A stretch of DNA of 64,000 nucleotides from Eledone cirrhosa (GCA_964016885.1 OZ024742.1:154628001-154692000), one strand, 5' to 3'. Numbered from the stretch's first letter, positions 12,142 to 26,024 are shown. The notes: generated from the sequence alone by a model not told the origin. Program-made: numbers and translations.

Positions 12142-14189
12142 GTTTGGAAATATATTGTATGCTTTATTAAAAACACTGTGAAGACATATCGCTATTTTAA
12201 AGTAGTGACTATGAAACTTACTTATTTCTTCAAAAAACAAAGAGAGAGATAAGCGGCCAGATCTGTTTCAAACTGTTGGTAATCATCAGAGCTTAGCACT
12301 CGCCGAACGCTGTTGAAAAGTATAGATGTTGGATTCTTATCGAATTCCAGTAATAATCAGGAACTGATTATACAGAGCGCTTATCTAGATGATTTACTTT
12401 GACCAAACGGCAATAAATATTCTGCTATAATTCCTACTTTGGTTAAAATTCAGCAATCATATTTGAATGGTTAAATAATTTGTAATCTGTGCCAAATATA
12501 TTCTAAATTTCATACAACACCGGGTAGCTCAGCTAGTATTCTCATATAATTTAAAAGTATTCTTTTCTGAATTTCTTTCGTCTTTTCAATACATCATTGT
12601 ACATAAATTGAAATTTGAATGTCACCGCACAAATTTACAGCATCATAGCTGCCGACTGCATTTTACAATGTAGATAACACATAACATATGCCCATATAAT
12701 TATGGTAACTTCATGGTTGTAATAGTTTTTATAAAGGTTACTCTTTATAAGGGATAAAAGAATAACAAGAATATACGAGTGCCTTGTTTATTGACGAATA
12801 GGGGTTAGAAACAAAGCAGCATCGCTGATCATTCTGAAGAACTTCTCATCTAATGGAAAGACGCAAGGATATTATTTTCAGTTCGGAAACCTATGCCTAA
12901 TTTAGGCATAGATTAAACTTCGGAAACTGTTAGATAGAAGTGCAAGCAACTGGTTAAACCTCTTACTTTAGTAAAAAGAAAATAATTTGCGTTCATTAAA
13001 TATCTATTATATATTTTAAGTAGAGTGTTTAATAAAGAACAAACAAATTTATATCACTTAACACCATGATCATTACATATTATTTTCCTTTAGGGAAGGA
13101 TGTCCAACATGCTTTGACTGAATTATATATGCTACCCAAAACATTATATAGGGTTAGTCTAAACTGCCTCATATAAAAGGATTTCCAGGAATTTGTTATT
13201 TACCCCAAAATTAGATCCGTTCGAAAGTGTATATGATCAAAGTTATTCCAGCATTTATCATGTTGCCTTATATTTAGAAACTGTATATATATGTGTTTAT
13301 AAGCTAGTGTGCATTTTTGAGAAAAACGTGTGATTTAAGCGAGATTTATCAAATAAATAGAATGACCACATAGCAAAACAACTTGTTGATTGTATGTGAA
13401 ATATCTATTTTCTAGTAAATAAAATGCTGATAAACGCGAAATAACTCAACAAGTCTCGCTGATAAAAAAATGACATTATCTTCATCATGTTTTCCACAAA
13501 CACCATACTATCTAAACCACACCATTCCCGTGCTTTAGTGAAAACCTGCGCTTTACTGATGGAATAATTGCCTTTATTTTATCATATTTCACAAATGTTT
13601 CAGCTGGGATTAATGAAATATACCCATACATATTATAATCATACAAATTATTTATTCAGTCGAAAATATGGTCTAATAAAATATTATTAATCCCTGCTAG
13701 GGAATTGAATTCAGTGATGAATTTTATTGTATATCATGAGAGTCACATTTTAATATCGACACGAGGGCTTTAAGAGAGGTCGACAAAAGAATTGCATCAG
13801 ACAAATTTTACATATCACTTGGGGAGACAAAGGTTAATTGCATTGGCTTTTTAAGAGGGCAGTTATATTGTTAACCGTTCAAAGTCAAACATCCTGTCAA
13901 CGAGTTCTGGTTGAAAATATTAGGAAGAATGTTTGGGCACATGACCGCATTAGCAACTGGCCGTATTTATAGTGTCCAATTTTCAATTAATCTAATGCTT
14001 TAACCCAGCCAATTTATGGGACTAAATCTTCAAGATATATTTCAATATATCTCAGAATATAAAATCATGTGCACGCAGGTGATTTTCCGGACCAACATTT
14101 ATAATCCAAGTACGTTCACATGTGATATTTGAAGTGTCTGTCTCTTGGTATTAGCACCTAGGATGTTTCTTCCTGCATTCAACCCTGTC

Positions 14190-16040
14190 TGGTCAATCCA
14201 GAAAACTTGCAAATTAAACTAAACACGTTGCAAATGAATCGCGAAGGGTAGTGTGGTAGAACCATCTCACAAGTGACTCGTCCACATAATTTGCACTTGG
14301 AGTCCAGCTGGAGTTTGCAGGTACTGCACATGGGTCTCTCTTACGGAGAAAACGCTTCAAAGTGACATGCTCCAGCCCCCTTTTCTCAAAGATATCACAT
14401 CCATATTTGACGATGTTTTTCCATAATATGCTTCCTTCAGCTAATGTCTCTCTGTTTTCCATATCAATTTCAGAAAATTAAGATTCTATTTAATGCCATC
14501 ATTAAACCGCTTTATCATGTATGTTGTGGCCCCTTTCTTCTGGTCATAATATAACTATTTAGGCCGCCTTCAATCTTCCATTTCTACTATACACCAGGCA
14601 ATTACCAGCCTCATACGCAGCAAAGGTCGATTTTGCAATCCTGTGATTTATATCAGCATCGAGGGCAGGACTACTAAGAATTCGTCCGAGATACACAAAG
14701 CTGTCCACCACATCTAGTCATTTTCCTTCCACGAACATATTTAACTCCTCATACACATCCCCAATTGATTTAGTGAACTTAACCTTTCTCATTGTTATGC
14801 TAATATTTCGCCCACATTCAGTGCGTTCATAGCAAAATGTGTACAATATCAACCACATGTCTACTAGTGAGAGCCACACAATCTGTATCATTAGCATACA
14901 GAATCTCCTCTACAAAAGTGCAAAATGTTTTGGACTTGGTGTTAAAAAGTCTTAGATTAAATATTTTGCCAGTGGTTCTAAATCTCAAGCATATACTGAT
15001 TTCAAAATCTTGGAAAGCATATGTCAGCCGACCAGTGAAGTAGATGTAGAACAGAGTGGGTGCAGGTATATCACCGTCCTTGTCGCCTATTTTCATTGAA
15101 ATTGACTCTGTTCAGTTCTGCCTTCATATTTTGATGGAGAGTTTTTGACTAATCGAATAAATTCTGGAGGTATCCATGTTTTCCTAATATGACACACAAT
15201 GAATTACGATTAACTGTAACACAGGTTCACAAATACGCGGTACTGTGGCACTCGCTGGTCAACACACTCCTCCATGGTGGGCTGAGGAAATCATGTCCAT
15301 TATAACTTGCCCAGCTCGTTTTATTAGACGATTCAGTAGAACGTTGGATAAGACTGTTCTTATTAATTTATGTGTTCAATCCAACGACTCATGATTCCTG
15401 TTGGATCATTGATATAGAATTTCCCATAAGTTGACTTCTATGGTGCCTCTTTTGCGGGCTGTGTGCACAAAACTTTCGATATTGTGCTGTATAATGCATT
15501 CAAATCTCTGCAGATATAAGCGCTTTGCATCTCTGCTGAAACTTCATACCACCAGTTGTTCTTCATCTTTCGAAATTTACAGTGATGTTTTGACTTTGTT
15601 TCTTTTAAAGGCTTCTCAAATGTGGCCCTCATTGGAACCCTTTGCAACAAGGCTCTTCTCATACAGCTTGTTTTCTCTTCATTGGGCATGTTGATTGCAG
15701 CATCATTATCATCAAATCAGTCTCATGCTTTGTTTCCTTAAAACCGAATACATCAACCACAGCAATGTAACATATACTTTAAACTATTCCTATCTACCAT
15801 CAATGACGATGTTTTCAAGTGAATAATGCAGAGAATCTCTCGTGTCTAAACGTTCCTGCTTGAACACATCTATACGTTTTGGCAGTGGTACACCTGCTTC
15901 ACTCTATGTTCCTCTTAAATGCCCATTCAACATGCTCTCGGACAAGTTTGTGGTCTGTGTCACAATGTGCATCAGGCATTACTCTTACAGCGCAGATATC
16001 CCAGAATACATTCTTCTTGGTGATGATATAATCCAAGATA
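14190..16040 (-). mobile_element. Decayed RTE-clade (BovB-like) LINE: end of APE endonuclease, RT and C-terminus
   Basis: LDYIITKK..DICAVRVMPDAHCDTDHKLV (APE end), KMKNNWW..SAEMQ, RFRTTGKIFNLR..EILYAND (degenerate F/YADD) and WKNIVKYGCDIFEKR. Many stops and frameshifts. Confidence 0.8.
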
Positions 16041-16044
16041 ATGT

Positions 16045-17190
16045 CTTAGTTTGTTCCGCCTCAGGGATTCAAGTCGTTGCCTCTTTCTTTCCCTTCAAGC
16101 TGTCCAAACAACATCTTCTGGTTGTTGTCAAACATGCGGTTCTGTCTATACTGACTGACTCTGCTCTCGTATCGCCTAATTTTTGCACTCTTTGCTACAA
16201 AGCGTTGCTTCAGTTCCTCTATGATCATATTTAGCTTTTTCCTCCTAGTTTAGGACTTTATTTCCAGTCTATTTTTAGTGTCTATGTTTTTTAGTGTCCC
16301 ATTCAGTAGAGACTCAAGCTTTTCAATGTCATTTCTCATTTCCCTGACTTGACCATTCAGTCGTTTCTTCCACCAAGGTTCTGATCTTTCTTGTTTGTTG
16401 TTTCCTCTCGCTTTTATGCCAAGTAATTTACTCAACGCACTTGCAGATGCTTTGAGGATATTGTTGCACTGGTGAAGGCTCATTGCCTCAAGGTATGGGA
16501 TGACTTTATTTACATTAGCTGTTGTTTCTTTTAACTTTTTCCTGTCTACAAATCTTAGGTTCATAGGTTTCCAACTATCATTGTTCATTTCATCTACCAC
16601 TAAGTTTAGGATATCAACCAACTCTTGTCCTAGTCCGTCAGCATTCATCTCCTCAATGGCCGTATCTCTGTTCCAGGTATTATTTATTTCAGCCTTCAGA
16701 TCATTGTCTGCTTCGGATGGTTCCTCCGTTCCCTCAACCCCTCCACCTTCATTTCCCACTGGCTCGTTTGCCTGGCATAATCCACTCTCCATTTCCAACC
16801 TAATCTCTTTGCTTAATTCCTCCAGTCCCAGCTCGCTTATCCACCCATTAATTCTTATTACCCGAGCCTGCCCGGCCAATTTTTGTTCATCTAATTTAAA
16901 TAGACCAATCTCGTTCCAGATGTTATGCATCCGTTTCCTGTAGCCTTTCTCCTTGGGGTTACTATTCAGGTAACATTGCATAACAGTTCTATTCAATTCT
17001 TTCGTCCAGTTGGTTTTGGTCCCTTTCCTTCTTCTTCTTCCTCCGACACTAGCAGTATTTGGTTGACAGCCAGGTCCCTGCTACTGAGCTAGAGAGTACC
17101 TGCTGGGTCAGAGTCTGTCACATGACATTCTAGTCTCCACTTCACCGTTATTCGAACTGTTTAGGTTCGATCTTTAAACACTCTTATCGA
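16045..17190 (-). mobile_element. 5' fragment of an R4/Dong-like non-LTR retrotransposon ORF
   Basis: ORF 16250..16996 (CYLNSNP..GYRKRMHNIW..EQKLAGQARVI..GW..EPWWKKRL) continues as LKQRFVAKSAKIRRY..QYRQNRMF..NQK, motifs typical of the R4-clade N-terminus. No RT remains. Confidence 0.7.
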
Positions 17191-17479
17191 GAATTGGTAA
17201 ATGTATGGTTACATAACCACCGGTGATTTTATTGTGGCACTATCACGCTGTAGACGAACATAAATAAACAAACAAACAAATAGGTACCCCCCCCCCCCCC
17301 CCAAAAAAAAAAAAAAGATAAGCATAAGTTTCATTTTAATGTAATATTTGAATGTCTGACTTAGTTTTTTTTTTTTCTTTTCTGTCTGTCTGTTTTTATT
17401 TTCTTTTTTATTTTCTTTACGTTTTTCGTTGTTGCTCTGCTGTTTTGATTTTGATTTTTGTTTTTTTGATTTTTTTACC

Positions 17480-17975
17480 AGTCTATTTATATCTTTTGAT
17501 GCCTTCCTCATTTAGTGGGAATACTACGATGCCTGTCTTAGCAGGAGGTAGTGGGAGAGAATAGCGGCGGTAACGATAATGAGGCAGCTGTGGTGGTGAT
17601 GTCGTGGTGGTAGTACGGTAGTGATGGTGTTGAAGTAGAAATAGAAGTTGAGGTAACTTGACTAGAGTTTTTGGCGTGGTAGTGGTGATGGTGGCGGTGG
17701 TGGTGTTGGTAGAGAAATTATTTGCCTGTCTGTCCACTTAGCCATTTTTCTCCTTTTCGACTGAAACATTTCTGATCCAAAATTAAATATTAAATATTTG
17801 GGCCCTATGCCGTAATGTGATGCGTTGTCGCTAGCTGAGAGTTAAAATCAAAAATAAAACTAAAAAAAAAACTCGGATTCTTATATTTCATTTGTAATCA
17901 TAATTATTCTATCACAGTTGTTTTAAATAGGTAAAAATCAAAAACTTACGGGAGCGATTCCATAACGATATATAT
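17480..17975 (-). mobile_element. 5' remnant of a Tx1-family relative, head-to-head with LINE A
   Basis: Reverse complement GCTCCCGTAAGTTTTTGATTTTT resembles the 5' UTRs at 38424 and 18051. It is followed by Thr-rich low-complexity sequence like the ORF1 starts. Confidence 0.5.
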
Positions 17976-18028
17976 CCACCATGTGCGTTTTCTTCCCTAT
18001 TATTATTATTGTTATTATTATTATGATT

Positions 18029-21000
18029 GGCGACCTACGGATCATCGTGAGCTCCGCAAAGGTTTGTTATTTTCAGTTGTTTAAAATTGCGATGCATGGA
18101 AAATTTTATTGTTAACTGTATACAAGTGCACATAGATTGATTTCTGAAAAGGACACTCAAAAAGATTGGGGCCTTGAGCCCAAAATTTAAACTTTTTATA
18201 TTTATCAAACAAAAAAAAATTCTCTGAGAAATCATGGCCGACTCAGAGTCACACCTTCCTCACAAACTAACACCTCACACCGACACCACCATTGAAAATA
18301 TTACTACGTTTGCCAACACTAAAAATATAAGCAGTAGCAATATTTGAAATTTGTCTCGGGCAGATATTCATTTCCCGTCATTACCAATGACTGCAGGTGT
18401 TAAAGCCGCCACCCCAACCACTACCACCACAGCGACAACAGAAACAAAAGAAAAAATTAAATTAACTCGTGATATCAAAATGAATTCAACCAAAATTAAC
18501 TCTTCCACACCGAACACCACTGACGCCACCACCACCACAACTGAAACTAAAATTAACAATAACAAAAATAACGATAACATCAACAAAAACAATGAAATTA
18601 AGAAAACTACCCTGTCTTTTGCGAGAGTAGCAAACACGTGCGAAGCGATCCAGGTAACTCAGGAGGAATTAGAAGAAGTCAAAAGAATGGTAAAGAAAGA
18701 TGGGTACAGGGACAGCCACCCACTCCCCCACACCTAATGAAATGGAGCATCGTCGCCTCTGCACCTTGTCTTATCGGACAATTAACATAACATCGCGCCG
18801 AGTGGAACGGGCATCCGAGTCCCAAATCCAAAAAGCTTTGGGACATGTGTGGGCAAAAAACCCCACATCAGACGTTGGCAGAAATATGGAACAGGTGGAT
18901 GTGTTCTTTGAAACACCACAGGAGACCAGAGAACACTCCATGGCCCCATTAAGAAGTGACGACTTCACACATGCCCCAAGCTATTGTAGCCGGAGACTCG
19001 TGAAGATCAGGGTGACCCACGTTCCACCGGCCATCGAAATTCCCTGGCTAGTGGCTGCCGACCTCGACGGCATCGAGGCCAACACCAAGATAATCGAAAT
19101 AGCGAAAGAAAAGTAGGAGAACTGGTCCGGATCTGGGATGGAGCTCATGATCCAAGCGGACCATAAAATAATTAAGGAGATCCCAAAGGTAATAGACCTC
19201 ACTGACGGCAGCCACCTCACCTTAATAGTTGAGGGCAGAGGGCCTAGGTGTGTCGTTTGTGGTGAAGGAACCCACCTAAGGGCTTTCTGCACTCAGGCTA
19301 AAAGGTTGAAGCCACCTCTCTTACCCACCCCAGTGACTCAACCATCAACACCACCAGCAGCAGAGATGGCAGCAACAACTGTAACAGCAACAAGAGCAGC
19401 AACTGTAACAGCAACAACCCCAGCAACAGTAGCAAAACCAACACCACCACACAACGCGCCAGAGCTAGCACCAGCGCCTACACCATCCACCACGCCACAA
19501 TCAAAACCAACGCCTGTGGAGGATTTTCCACTCCCGGGCTTATCGCAACTGGAGATAGATTGTGACGACGAGGAGTGGGAAACGATATCAGGAAAAAAGT
19601 AAAAAGAAACCAAAAAAGAAAAAAAATTCTCTTCCTTCCCCCTCCAAAAACAAAATACAGAGGGAAACAAATAAATTATCAAACAAAAAAGTTAGGACAG
19701 ATATGCCACCATCCACACCAGCATCACCAACCCCATCACCACAAACACAAACACCATCACCAGCATTATCCCCAACACCACCATCACCAACACCACAAAA
19801 GTTACCAAAAAGCGTAACAGGAACAAACCCACAACAAACGCAAACAAAACAACCAAAACGATACACACTACACACCATTAAATTTGAACAACAACCAATT
19901 ATTACACTACATCCAACACAACACCAGCATCACAGAAAAAGATTACACAACAACCCCAAAGTTCACACCACCTCCACACATACAAATCATTCGCATCACA
20001 CAGAAACCGTACACGACACTAAATCAAAAATTCGCCAAAGACATCGGAGACTTCCGACAAACACTCTCCAGGAGGATTTATAAGGACATCTTTCCGGAGG
20101 AGGCCACAAGCAGTGAAAAGGATGGACAAACCATCCTTCCTCTACGAGAAGTAAGGTAAGTGGTCTTTCCCATCTTTTCCACTCCATTTCAACACGACCT
20201 GACTCAGAATAGGCAGCATAAATGCGCGTGGATTGGGTCGTCATGGAAGCAGGGCCACCTGCTCAACGACCTCAGGTCACTAAACATAGAACAGCATCTC
20301 CAAAGCCCGGGCTTTCGCACCAATCTTCGGCGGCTACGATGTGTACGCATCTCCTTGCCGTCCGGGATCGGGGGGGGGGGGGTGCTGTGCTTTTTCGGAG
20401 AGGTTTGGATCTCGCCATACAGGCCATCTTCCTGGACCCAGAAGGTAAGTTGGTGGTGCGGGACGTGACAAGCAGAGATGGGCAAGCTTTCAGGTTAGTG
20501 GCCGTCTATGCACCGACAGGAGCAGGGCGGCCTGATTTCTTCCGGCGTCTGAAGACCTTTCTTGGAACGTCCCGCTCTTTAGTGTTAGTAGGCGACTGGA
20601 ACGGGATCTTAGATGCACGCTGGGACTGTGTGGGATTAGCGGATCGGGGAGGAGGGTGCAAGAGCCTCACCAACCTGCTCAGGCGTTTTGAACTGTCTGA
20701 CAGGTACAGATTGGATTTCCCGAATGTGCCAATGTGGACTTGGACAAATCGCATCGTGTGATCCAGATCATATCTACATAGAGTATTTTGTAGGGAAATA
20801 GATAGGTCTAGCATAGCCTGTCCACAATTCAAGATAGTCAGCTACACGGACCACAAATTCGTGATCTGTGTGATTGACTTAGATAGGCTTCATAGACGAG
20901 GACCCGACTACTGGAAGCTAAACGCGTCCTTACCAGCGCGCAAGGCCTACAGAGACCAGTTTAGCGAATTAGTTAAGCGGGCGTTGACGGGGGCCATCGT

Positions 21001-23832
21001 CAACAACAAGTGGTGGTTTGCTCTGAAAAGAGCGATTAGAATAGAGTCCATTAGATTTAGAAAGGATTTAGCAATAGAGAAAAATAGAGCAGAGGGAGAA
21101 CTAGTTAGAAATTTAGACGAGGCGCTTAGCAAAGTCATCGCGACCGACGTACTTGCGGCGAAATTGGCCCTTGACCAATTCTTCAATGCAAGGCACGAAG
21201 GCTGCGTTGTCAGAGCTATGGTGCGTGCTCTCAGACACGAGGGGACGAAATCCGTTCAATGGGCCCGAGTGGCGGAGGCGCGTCCTGGCAACAAACCCAC
21301 GAACCGGTCTTTGGTGGACCACGACGGGTGCATGCTTGTCGATCCCGGGCTAATGTGTGGAGCTTTTCAGCGACACTTCGTTCAGCTGTTCGAGGGCAGC
21401 GGTTGGCCGGATCGACGGATGGACTTTAGTGACGGACTGCCTCAGTTCTCAGCCACTGAGGCGGAGTGTTGCGAAAAGCCGATAACAGCCGCTGAATTAC
21501 GGGAAGCAATGATTGGCTGCACGAGGGGTAAATCGCCTGGTTTGGATGGTCTGCCCTATTAACTTTACCATCAGATGCCAGACTTGTTCGGAGGCCTCTT
21601 GTCGGACGTCTACTGCAACTGACAACAGAACGGTTGAATTCCTAGCTCTGTTAGCCGAGGAGCGGTGGCACTGCTGAGAAAGGATCCGAACCAGTGGGAT
21701 AACATAGATAATTTCAGGCCCATAACTCTGCTAAACACAGAGTTCAAGATTTTGGCCAAGGTGCTAACAAAGAGGTTGGCGTTTGTCGTTGGTGGTCTTA
21801 TGGGCGAGTCGCAGACATGCGCCATTCCCAACGATCCATCCACGACAACTTCCACCTCATGCGATACATCGTAGAGAGGGTAGTTAGGGAACCTGGAACA
21901 GATGGGTCCTTGATCAATTTAGATCAGTCACAAGCTTTCGATAGGGTCGACCATCGTTACCTAGCGGCAGTCCTGAGGGCGGCTGGCTTTGGGCCAGTCT
22001 TCAGATGCTGGATCGCTGCCATGTACAGCGACATCTATTCTGTGGTGAGAGTGAACGATCACCTTACGGAACCGTTCAACATCATGCGCTCGGTCCGCCA
22101 AGGATGTCCGCTCTCGTCCCTCTTGTACGTATTGACTCTCGAGCCGTTACTGCACAAACTGGAGACGTTGAGGGGCGTCCCGCGCGAACTAGGATGCGGA
22201 AGATCCGTGTCAGCATATGCGGACGATGTCACCGTAGTGGTGTCGAACGTCAAACACATCGAGGCGATCGGCACTACACTAAGAGAATACGAAGCGGTGA
22301 CAGGAGCAATGATCAACCAGGAAAAGTCAGTGGGCCTGCAGCTCGGCACCTGGAGAGGCAGGTCCATGCCGTCCAACAGCATCGTCGGACGCTGGACGGA
22401 CGGACCGGTTAAATTGCTAGGGGTCTGGTTCGGTCCGGACCTCCAGACGGAAAAAAAACTGGGACGAGGTCACGAGCAGAGTGGCTTCTATACCCAGAAA
22501 TGGGCGGAGAGGAAGCTATCCCTGAAAGGTCGAGCGGAGGTGGCATATGCGTACATCGCGTCTGTCATCTGCTACCGCCTGACCGTCGTAGCTTGTCCTA
22601 AGCCCCGCCTGACTGCGCTGGAGCGTTTGCTCTTTCGCTTTTTGTGGAAGGGACGTGCTCCGATGGTCAGGCGGTCCATCTGTTGTCAACATCCGCTACG
22701 TGGAGGGCTGGACATGCCGTGGCTGATGATGCGCAGACACGCGCTCAGTCTACGACATCTCCACCTCTTCCTCGACGGTGATCAGGTGTGGTCGCCGTTT
22801 GCCAGACACGTATTTCCCCAGCTCGTTTCCTTGACGAAGCTGCAGTCCTGGGTCAAGAGAAGACCGAGAGAGAGCGCCTGGAGACTGGAATGTCTTCAGG
22901 CGCTCACAGCCCTCGATCAATCGGGCAATGTGATCGGTGGAAATTCCACCTCGGCGTTCTATAGAGGATTAGTGGAGGGGAAGAGCAACGACGTACTTGG
23001 GGAAACTCTAGGCGTCGACGAAAATCAACTAGCCAATCTCTTCGGAAGAACTTTCGGGCCGGGGCCTATGGACAACTTCCAGAAATCTCTGGCCTGGCAG
23101 TGCTACCGAGGAGCCTTGCAAGTTCGGGATAAACTCTACAGGCATGGAGGTGCCGTCAACCGGGCATGTCCGAGATGCGCGCAGTTAGACGAAACCGTCC
23201 TGCACGCACTCGTCCAGTGTCCGAAAATTGCTGACTTATGGGTTTATGTCGAACACCTGCTGTCGCGTGTAGGACGGATCCGGCTATCATCTGAGTCCAT
23301 CGTGAGGATTGCCCCGCCTTCTTCCTTTAGCCGGTTAGGGCAGGCAGTTTTTATCTGTCTGGTGGCTATGGCGAAAGAGATAGTATGGTGGACACGTTTG
23401 AAAGGGCTGAAGACGAGAACTTACCTCTTCGGTGATGCCCTTATTACCTTTTTCAAATTCCATTTGAAAAGGAAAATCAGAGTAGAGAGGGAAGTGCTCT
23501 CTTCCAAGAATTTTGTTGAAAGATGGGCGAGAGAAGCAAGACTGGCCCGATTGAATGGGCCTACTCTGAGTATGTATCTGTAAATTAAAGATGGAAAACT
23601 GGGAGAGGGCACTTGCCTTGGTGGTGAAGGTCACTGTGATCTTTTACTGGGCTTTCTCCACAAATCTCCCTCCGAAGTCTCCCCCCTATTGGGGAATTTT
23701 TCATTGTTATTTTTTTGTTACATCCTCTGTTTTTGTTTTTTACACGCAGCAATGCCCATTTGTACCGTCCTGTAGTGTCCTGTACTATCCTTAATGTCTA
23801 CTTTATGTAAACCCTTGTGGTTAATAAAGAAA
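18029..23832 (+). mobile_element. Full-length decayed Tx1/L1-clade LINE (copy A)
   Basis: ORF1 has a CCHC knuckle (RCVVCGEGTHLRAFC). ORF2 has APE (LVGDWN, SYTDHK), RT (KSPGLDGLP, FRPITLLN, LDQSQAFDRVDH, VRQGCPLS, YADD) and a C-terminal CCHC. AATAAA at 23823 and (ATT)n on both flanks. Confidence 0.92.
21817..23583 (+). pseudogene. Longest open remnant of LINE A ORF2 (RT core plus C-terminal zinc finger)
   Basis: 588-aa ORF with AFDRVDH, QGCPLS, YADD and CPRCAQLDETVLHALVQC. Upstream parts are broken by stops and frameshifts. Confidence 0.9.
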
Positions 23833-23857
23833 TCATCATTATTATTATTATTATTAT

Positions 23858-23898
<41 letters not shown>

Positions 23899-24287
23899 AT
23901 TGTAGTGGTAGTAGTAATACATGCTTAAATCCCACAGTTAATTAAGTGTATTATGTTCTATATCTTAATCTGCGTTCAGTTCATGGTTCCAACAGGTCAA
24001 TCCCTGATTTGTTCCTAATCTAATGAGGAGAGTAACAAAAGAGAAACTGTATAGATAAATACAAAAAAATATCGTTTCAAGAGCAGGTTTTTAATCTTTT
24101 GTAGTTTTCCTTATATGTGCTTGTCCTTCGATGTTTTTATCATCAACAGATGCACACATAGCCACACGAATTCATATATATATACATTTGTGATACATTT
24201 GTGTATGTATGTGTGTGCGTGTGAGGGTATGTATTTCTCTCGGTTTCTCTCTCCCCCTCTCTCTTTCTCTCTCTCTCTCTATATATA

Positions 24288-24315
24288 AATATGACCCTCT
24301 CCAAGATTAACAATA

Positions 24316-24389
<74 letters not shown>

Positions 24390-24950
24390 ATACTTGGGGA
24401 GGGTCATATTTGTGTAATAATATTGCCAGAATCAATAACAGAACACATTCACTGTTTGGTTGGTTTTCGTTTCTGTGTCTTTTATATCGGTTAATTTAAT
24501 TTATTCGGTTCTCAATGTTACCATTGACTGACCAGCGGTCAAAACTACAGATACATATAGACACAAATACATATACATAGTCTATCAAAGTTCTTTCCTT
24601 GCACATCTGCAACATCGGCAGTGGTGCTATTATGTTCCCCCCCCCCCCCGTTGCATTGTATGCTGAGGCCATCTTTATTTCGTCTGTTTATTTATTTATT
24701 TACTTATTTATTTGTGTGTCTTCTCTGCGCATGCGTTTCCGTGTGTGTATAGAGTTTTGTTTGGTGTGTGTTCTTGTATGGGTGACTGTGTATTGGTTAA
24801 TGTATTCTATCTTATTTTACTAGTGTATGTTTATATATGTTTGTTGTTATTGTGCTTGTGTATGTATTTATGTATTTATTTATTTATTATCCCCAAGTAT
24901 AACAATATTTGTTTCGACACACGATTTCATATAAAAACCCTCGCAAAACT

Positions 24951-24955
<5 letters not shown>
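24288..24955 (-). mobile_element. Solo pseudo-LTR of the Naiad-type PLE family with inverted terminal pieces, in (TA)n
   Basis: 24384-24890 is the reverse complement homolog of ~59900-60420. 24891-24952 and 24288-24315 are + strand copies of the terminus (ATGACCCTC..AACAATAT; TTTCGACACACGATTTCATATAAAAA). Degenerate HHR at 24586-24623. Confidence 0.85.
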
Positions 24956-24992
<37 letters not shown>

Positions 24993-26024
24993 CCATTCAT
25001 CCTCGGTTTATCCTATATATATATCTATATGAACAAATACATACATATATGCCCACATGTGTACGCGTAGTGTAATTAGATCTGCATTTCTTGCGGGAGT
25101 AAATTTCGTCTTTATTTTCTTGCTGGTATTACTGGTTGCATCATCATCCCTGAACCACGTGGAACACTTGAAAACTGAGGCAAGCTAACGAGTGCAATAT
25201 TCTGTGTTGTCGATACCATATATACGAATTCGTTTAAGTAAGTGCACTATTTTGTTTATTAGCATTTGCTTTACTATCACTTCATTTTTTATTGTACATG
25301 AAAGCATTGCAATTGGCTTTTTCAAATTCTATCAGTGCCGTTATTTTGGGGCAGGTTATTAAAGGTAAATATATTATTGAATCAACATATTTAGTATCAA
25401 CCGAAGAAAACGATAGCGAGAGTTTCAATATGTCTCCCTTCTGGACAAATACGTGTGTGCTGAATAATTACATGAGAAAATAATTTCCTCGGCAAGCTAC
25501 TATATGATCCTAATAACATTTCTGTCAGTTGACCTGACATTTGGCAGCGAGGAATAAGCCAAATTATTATTTGTTAAATCATACACTTGCCCTTCTCATT
25601 TCATCTGATTTTCAAATTACATGCATCTTGACTTCAGTTAGATTAATTCAGGACACCATACTTAATTTATTAACTTCATATATATCGTATTATATATGAC
25701 TTATGTATACGTCTTAATATTAATGTTATTTGAATCTACATATCATTTGTGTCGACCTGTATCAGTTTCAGCAGTGCATGTTCAGGAGCTTGAATATATT
25801 TAGCAGTTTACTGAATATATGTAGCATGATTCGTTTGTCGAAAAAACGGAGGACTGGGACATTTAAATCCCCAAATCTATATCTAATTGTAGCTGTCTAG
25901 TTGTAGCCGTCTCATTGTAGCTGTCCGGCAAAAAAACAATAAGCGACAATTTTGAATCCTAGAACTCTTAAATAATAAGTCCAGCATTAGTCCTTAATGG
26001 ATAGTTAGCTTCTGATGTATAGAG

